A DNA stretch of 64,000 nucleotides. Source: a virus (Duplodnaviria; Caudoviricetes). Made by a program: the position numbers and the translations under genes. Of this stretch, positions 59,500 through 64,000 are shown piece by piece. Below the pieces are notes generated by a model. The model did no database searches. It was not told the origin of the DNA and saw only the letters and a program-made list of their open reading frames with translations. The DNA is taken from positions 14,173 through 78,172 of IMG/VR virus record IMGVR_UViG_3300025154_000071; one strand, 5' to 3'. The stretch's first letter is position 1. Every line of letters begins with the position of its first letter.

Positions 59500-60621
59500 A
59501 TGTTCAAAGCTGAGGTTAAAACCGGAGAGTTACTGAGACAGTTAAAAAGATGTGCTGAGGTTGTTCCTACGTCCGCAGCATCACCGATGTTACTTAATGC
59601 AAAGATATCATTCGAAAAAGAACAGTTACGCTTATACGCTACAGATATGGAAGCGTTTGTTGACATATCAGTTGGACTGATTGGCGATAACGCTGTTCAA
59701 TATTCTGCATTGTTCAATGTTAATTTATTATGCCAGATATTGAACGGCATACAGGCGCCTAAGACCGAAGTATGCTATGACCCCGAAACGATAACGCTTT
59801 ATCTTTCAACTCCGAAACAAAACTATGAAGTAAGAGGATTTAAAGCAGATGATTTCCCTGCTACGCCGGCTATAACCGGAAACGAAGTATTAGAGGAAAC
59901 CGAATACGACGTAGATGCATTCCAGAGGATGATTAACGCCACCGCCTGGTCATTACCGAAGAAAGAACACATAGAGTTCTGTTGGTTCTATTTTAGGGGC
60001 GGAGATGGCGTTTTAACATGCTATACTACTTGCAAGGAAGCAATATCTAAATATTCGATAAACAATGGTTGGAGTGGAGAAGCTGTTGAGTTTATCCTTC
60101 CTCCGAAGATATTACTTAAAATCGCGAAATACAAACCGCATGAAAAGAATATTATTATGTCGATATTTAGCGATTATACATGCTTGCGTTTTGATAACGC
60201 TTCATATATAATAAGAACATCGGCCTCTGCATTTCTTCCGTTTGATAGCATAATGGAAAAACAGATGGAAACGAAGAATATCGCAATAGTTCCTAGCGTT
60301 TCGATTAACGCTGACGTGAAGTCGATACTGCCCTTAACTGGCAATGGCGAGTTCTGTTGGATTGAGCTTGATAATGACGGCGATGACAAGTTGGTTATGA
60401 AAGCTACGTCAATGTCGCAGAGCCATGGAACAATAAGAACAGCAGCTAAAGTTAGCGGAGAGTTTAAAGGTAAATACTCTGATGTTAAACTAAAATCTTC
60501 CCTTGAGAGTATGTCGGCTAATGAAATAAAACTTAGACAAGGCCCGATTGCTCTTATATTAGAAGCTGACTACGGCGATGGTGCTGAGAGCGCTGTTAAT
60601 ATGATCGGAATGAAAAAATAA
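59500..60621 (+). CDS. dnaN: DNA polymerase III beta sliding clamp
   Basis: 373 aa; LRLYATDME, ADDFP, three-domain beta-clamp size and pattern. Confidence 0.8.
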   Translation: MFKAEVKTGELLRQLKRCAEVVPTSAASPMLLNAKISFEKEQLRLYATDMEAFVDISVGLIGDNAVQYSALFNVNLLCQILNGIQAPKTEVCYDPETITLYLSTPKQNYEVRGFKADDFPATPAITGNEVLEETEYDVDAFQRMINATAWSLPKKEHIEFCWFYFRGGDGVLTCYTTCKEAISKYSINNGWSGEAVEFILPPKILLKIAKYKPHEKNIIMSIFSDYTCLRFDNASYIIRTSASAFLPFDSIMEKQMETKNIAIVPSVSINADVKSILPLTGNGEFCWIELDNDGDDKLVMKATSMSQSHGTIRTAAKVSGEFKGKYSDVKLKSSLESMSANEIKLRQGPIALILEADYGDGAESAVNMIGMKK

Positions 60622-60634
60622 ATAGGATGTGAAT

Positions 60635-60654
60635 GGCGGGGTTTCGGCCCCGCC
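60635..60654 (+). other. UUCG hairpin 4 nt before the terL start codon
   Basis: GGCGGGGT-TTCG-GCCCCGCC-TTAA-ATG. Confidence 0.65.
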
Positions 60655-60658
60655 TTAA

Positions 60659-62437
60659 ATGGCAATACTAAGTCAATTTAAAAATCATTCAGTTAAAACA
60701 GATTGGGCCACTAAAAAACGATACCTTCGTATGATATGGTTTTTTAGAACATATCCACATATGGCTGCGCGTATGATGTTAGGTTTGAGGTTAGCGCCTC
60801 ATCAACGTATAGCAATCAATACGGCATGGCAGACCCCAAGATGTATATGGCAATTCTCTCGCGGTATGGCTAAGACCTTTACGGAAGCCGTACTGATTTC
60901 GCTTTTAGAAATGTTATATCCTTCATATAAAATACAATCAACAGCCGGCGGTTCATTTAAACAGACCGAACAGACTTTTGACTATATTGAATCTATCGTT
61001 AAGAGTGAAGTATTAGGACAGAGCGAAAAGAATTATGCAAGAAAATTACTGCCAAGAGTTGATAAGGTATTAACGCGACAGCCCTCTAACTGGTCAATGA
61101 AGATGGCCAAGGGTATAAGTAGAGGCTTAGCTATCAAGGGCGGTAATCGTGGATTCCGTGCTAATCAGTTGACGGTTGGCGAAGCTAATGATATAGAACG
61201 CGATTGCATGGATAAGGTATTGCGTCCTTTCCTTAACGTATTGTACGACCCGATGAATTTTGATAGACGAACTGCATATTGCCCTGTTCCTGGCTTTAGA
61301 GATAGAAGAAAAGAGAAAAACTTCTTGCTATTGTCTGGAACTATTTCATATGATTTCACTTATTACTTCCAGCTTATTAAAGAGTATCAACAGCAAATGC
61401 TCGACGGAAATGACGAATATGCTGTTATCTTTTTTGATTTTGAAGATAGTTATATAGGCGAACAGAGCATTGACCCGAATGTTCCCATAGTAATTTATAA
61501 GGTTTATTATGGAATGGATTTGGGCGAAATAATAGCGCCATTAAAAGAAGAAAATGTAAGCTATGAACATTGGCTTGCAGAACAGAAAAATATCCCTGTG
61601 GCATCAGAGGGCAAGTTCTATCCACCTATTCTTGTTTATGATAGTTATAAATTGGCTAATGGCAATGACTCGATGGCATGCCTTAAGTTTGAATCAAGTG
61701 GGATTTGCTTTATGGGCATTGACCCTTTTTACGGAAGCGCTAAGGGCCAGAAAACACAGAATAAAAATGCTGAATTTGCTTTGACGATATTAGAACTATT
61801 AGAAGATCATGCACAATTGGTTCATTGTATTGGCGTTAGAAATATAGATTATGGTGGAGCTACAAATATAATACTTGATTATCTTAAAAGGTTCCCGCGC
61901 ACAACACTCATAGGCATGGACGCGAGAGGTGGCGGTATTCCGATAAGAGATAATTTAAGATCGAGTAATTTTAGTCATATTCCTATAATAGACCCCACCG
62001 ATCCAGATAATGCTCCATTCCTTGACCCTACAAGTTGTACCCCTTATCAAGATATGTTACGGCTGTTGTCACCAACTGATGAGTTCAACACGATACATAA
62101 TGAGTCATTAAAAAATATGTTACAACGTAGAACTATTATAGTTCCATTTACAACACATGGACATTTTGATTATGATAGAGACAATCGTATCCCACAATAT
62201 GAGAAAAGACCAGAGGCAGATATTGATAAGTTGTATAGAGATTTACATGTATTAAAGACACAGTTGACATCTGTTGAAACAGAGGCAACGAGTAATTATT
62301 TAAAATTCTTTGTTAGATCGGGGCAGAAAGATAGATATTCATCTTTCTTGTACGCCGGCGCAATGTATTGGAAATGGAGGCTAGACCATCTTAATGTGAC
62401 ACAACGCTCAAATATTCCAGGTGGGGCTTGGAGATAA
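60659..62437 (+). CDS. terL: Terminase large subunit
   Basis: LAPHQ, SRGMAKT, RGFRAN...GEA, LSGT, nuclease MGIDP, KDRYSS. Confidence 0.88.
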   Translation: MAILSQFKNHSVKTDWATKKRYLRMIWFFRTYPHMAARMMLGLRLAPHQRIAINTAWQTPRCIWQFSRGMAKTFTEAVLISLLEMLYPSYKIQSTAGGSFKQTEQTFDYIESIVKSEVLGQSEKNYARKLLPRVDKVLTRQPSNWSMKMAKGISRGLAIKGGNRGFRANQLTVGEANDIERDCMDKVLRPFLNVLYDPMNFDRRTAYCPVPGFRDRRKEKNFLLLSGTISYDFTYYFQLIKEYQQQMLDGNDEYAVIFFDFEDSYIGEQSIDPNVPIVIYKVYYGMDLGEIIAPLKEENVSYEHWLAEQKNIPVASEGKFYPPILVYDSYKLANGNDSMACLKFESSGICFMGIDPFYGSAKGQKTQNKNAEFALTILELLEDHAQLVHCIGVRNIDYGGATNIILDYLKRFPRTTLIGMDARGGGIPIRDNLRSSNFSHIPIIDPTDPDNAPFLDPTSCTPYQDMLRLLSPTDEFNTIHNESLKNMLQRRTIIVPFTTHGHFDYDRDNRIPQYEKRPEADIDKLYRDLHVLKTQLTSVETEATSNYLKFFVRSGQKDRYSSFLYAGAMYWKWRLDHLNVTQRSNIPGGAWR

Positions 62438-62460
62438 AATAAAATATTTTAAAATAGTTC

Positions 62461-62502
62461 TTGACATGTCCTATCTATTAAATTACAATATAGATAGGAC
62501 AT
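62461..62502 (+). promoter_or_regulatory. Portal promoter embedded in a 13-bp inverted repeat
   Basis: TTGACA-17-TACAAT; arms 62466-62478 and 62490-62502. Confidence 0.7.
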
Positions 62503-62547
62503 TCTTAGATTTGTAACAATGTTTTATTATGTGTGGACGGAGGAAAA

Positions 62548-64000
62548 ATGTCAAAGACAGTTAGAATAAAAAATGTAACTCCTAATGGCGATATCGAAAC
62601 TGTAATTGGAAGAGTTACGGACATAACTATCACTCCGTCTATTAGTTATTTGAATACTTTGAATGATTTCAATGTATCAATTACACAAGGAACATTTTCT
62701 GAGCCTATTATTCGCGACTGTATATTGCTCTCTAATAAATTATATCTTATGGGTGGCGTTGCTTCAACCGTGGTAGATTTGCAAGTTATCATGGCAAATA
62801 CTATTATGGAGATTGAAACAGATAATGAAGAACTCAATAAGATAATGGCACATATCATGGATTTTGTTAATTATGACAATCCAAGAACAATGATGGGCCG
62901 CAGACAGTTGCATGAGGAAATGTTTTTAAGTTTGTTACTTGATGGCAATATATTCCCTTATGAATATTGGGAAACCCGTAAAGTTAAAGGGAAAGAATAT
63001 TACTTGCCGATGAATATAATGCCATTGAATCCATTGTCGATCTCGATAAGACCTACGAAAGATTTAATGGGCGAACAAGTTATTTATAGAAATGGATATA
63101 ATAATTATTTAGGTAATTCAAATATAAGCAAGAACGCCAATGGTGAACAGGTTATTCGTAGGAATAATATGCATAGATTGACAAGAAGAGGTAGACAATA
63201 TTTCTTTTGGGGAGTCCCCTTCTTAACAAGAGCGTTCGCAGCATTAGCAGCTAAAGAAAGAATTAAACAATTAGATGAATTTACAACCCAGGGATTAATT
63301 TCTTTGATAACAATATTTTCGCTTTACGATGATAAAGCCGGCTTAGTAGCAGATACACAAGTAGTTAATGCATTTGCAAATATGTTAGATGGTCGTCCAG
63401 GACAGGCTCGTTATATGACATGGGGCGGTCAGGTGAAGATGATACAAGCTGGCCCTAATGGTGAGATACTTAAATATGATGAGAAGTATCATAGCAAAGA
63501 CAAAGACATAGCAGAGGCGCTTGGTTGTCCGATGTTCCTTGTTAATGGGCAATTACAGGGTGGCACTAATGGCGCAGATTATTCTGTAAAGCCGTTTAAG
63601 ACTAACCTTGAAGATTGCCAGAATACGATTGGCGATTGGTGGAAATATTTAACTTATAAGATCGCTGAATTAAATAATTTAGAAGTCAATATGGTTGAAT
63701 ATAGATTCTCCGCCGTTAATCTTGATAATGACGCAGTTCTGATAAGCAAAGTAGACAACATGAGAGATCGTGGTATATTGTCAGATACAAGCTCTGCATT
63801 GAAACTTGGAGTATCTTCCAAATTGGAACAGACTCTGGTTAATAAAGAAAGAAAAGAACAGGAAGAAAATCCAGATTATAAATTTGGCACTCCTCCTTCG
63901 GTTCCGTTCCAAGGTCAGGGCGGATTAAATGGCGCTCCTGCACAGACAACTAAAAATGGTGGAAATGGCAGACCTAAAGCGACAGATCCAAGTAATCCTA
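62548..64000 (+). CDS. Portal protein (3'-truncated by the window edge)
   Basis: Manual translation; follows terL; MFLSLLLDGNIF, HRL...YFFWGVPFLTRAF. Confidence 0.75.
   Translation, partial: MSKTVRIKNVTPNGDIETVIGRVTDITITPSISYLNTLNDFNVSITQGTFSEPIIRDCILLSNKLYLMGGVASTVVDLQVIMANTIMEIETDNEELNKIMAHIMDFVNYDNPRTMMGRRQLHEEMFLSLLLDGNIFPYEYWETRKVKGKEYYLPMNIMPLNPLSISIRPTKDLMGEQVIYRNGYNNYLGNSNISKNANGEQVIRRNNMHRLTRRGRQYFFWGVPFLTRAFAALAAKERIKQLDEFTTQGLISLITIFSLYDDKAGLVADTQVVNAFANMLDGRPGQARYMTWGGQVKMIQAGPNGEILKYDEKYHSKDKDIAEALGCPMFLVNGQLQGGTNGADYSVKPFKTNLEDCQNTIGDWWKYLTYKIAELNNLEVNMVEYRFSAVNLDNDAVLISKVDNMRDRGILSDTSSALKLGVSSKLEQTLVNKERKEQEENPDYKFGTPPSVPFQGQGGLNGAPAQTTKNGGNGRPKATDPSNP

Noticed and set aside
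1-64000. Genome-wide stop-codon reassignment (TAG or TAA to Gln)
   Set aside because: Long genes have no internal stops, and TAA, TAG and TGA all end genes at coupled overlaps; only two isolated in-frame stops were found.

Overview
The window is part of a large, AT-rich, tailed dsDNA phage genome. Its host is probably an anaerobic bacterium using sigmaA/sigma70 promoters and AAGGAG Shine-Dalgarno sites; a Firmicutes-like host is inferred. Left arm (1-46.9 kb, minus strand): a dense early array of short, often Cys-rich ORFs, then a replication, recombination and nucleotide-metabolism module. That module holds a primase/Rep-like protein, Sak4-like ATPase, DnaB, SpoVG-like SSB, DnaE, ThyX, PD-(D/E)XK nuclease, RusA-like resolvase, RNA ligase, dUTPase, SbcC, class III RNR NrdD/NrdG, dNMP kinase, HNH-AP2 and a Hel308-like helicase. 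A mostly non-coding divergent control region (45.1-48.8 kb) contains a ~500-nt highly structured ncRNA candidate, a promoter-to-terminator sRNA carrying several anti-SD motifs, iteron-like repeats, long hairpins and a Z-DNA-prone tract. The right arm opens with four tandem RHH regulators. A minus-strand island (51.6-57.4 kb) carries a methyltransferase, a macrodomain, two catalytically intact solo TnpBs with omegaRNAs and an atypical tRNA-Gln(UUG)-like cloverleaf. Packaging genes follow: putative TerS, a DnaN clamp, TerL and portal. Seven accessory genes carry single-base frameshifts or in-frame stops while the long core ORFs are uninterrupted. All assignments come from motif reading by eye; no database searches were run.
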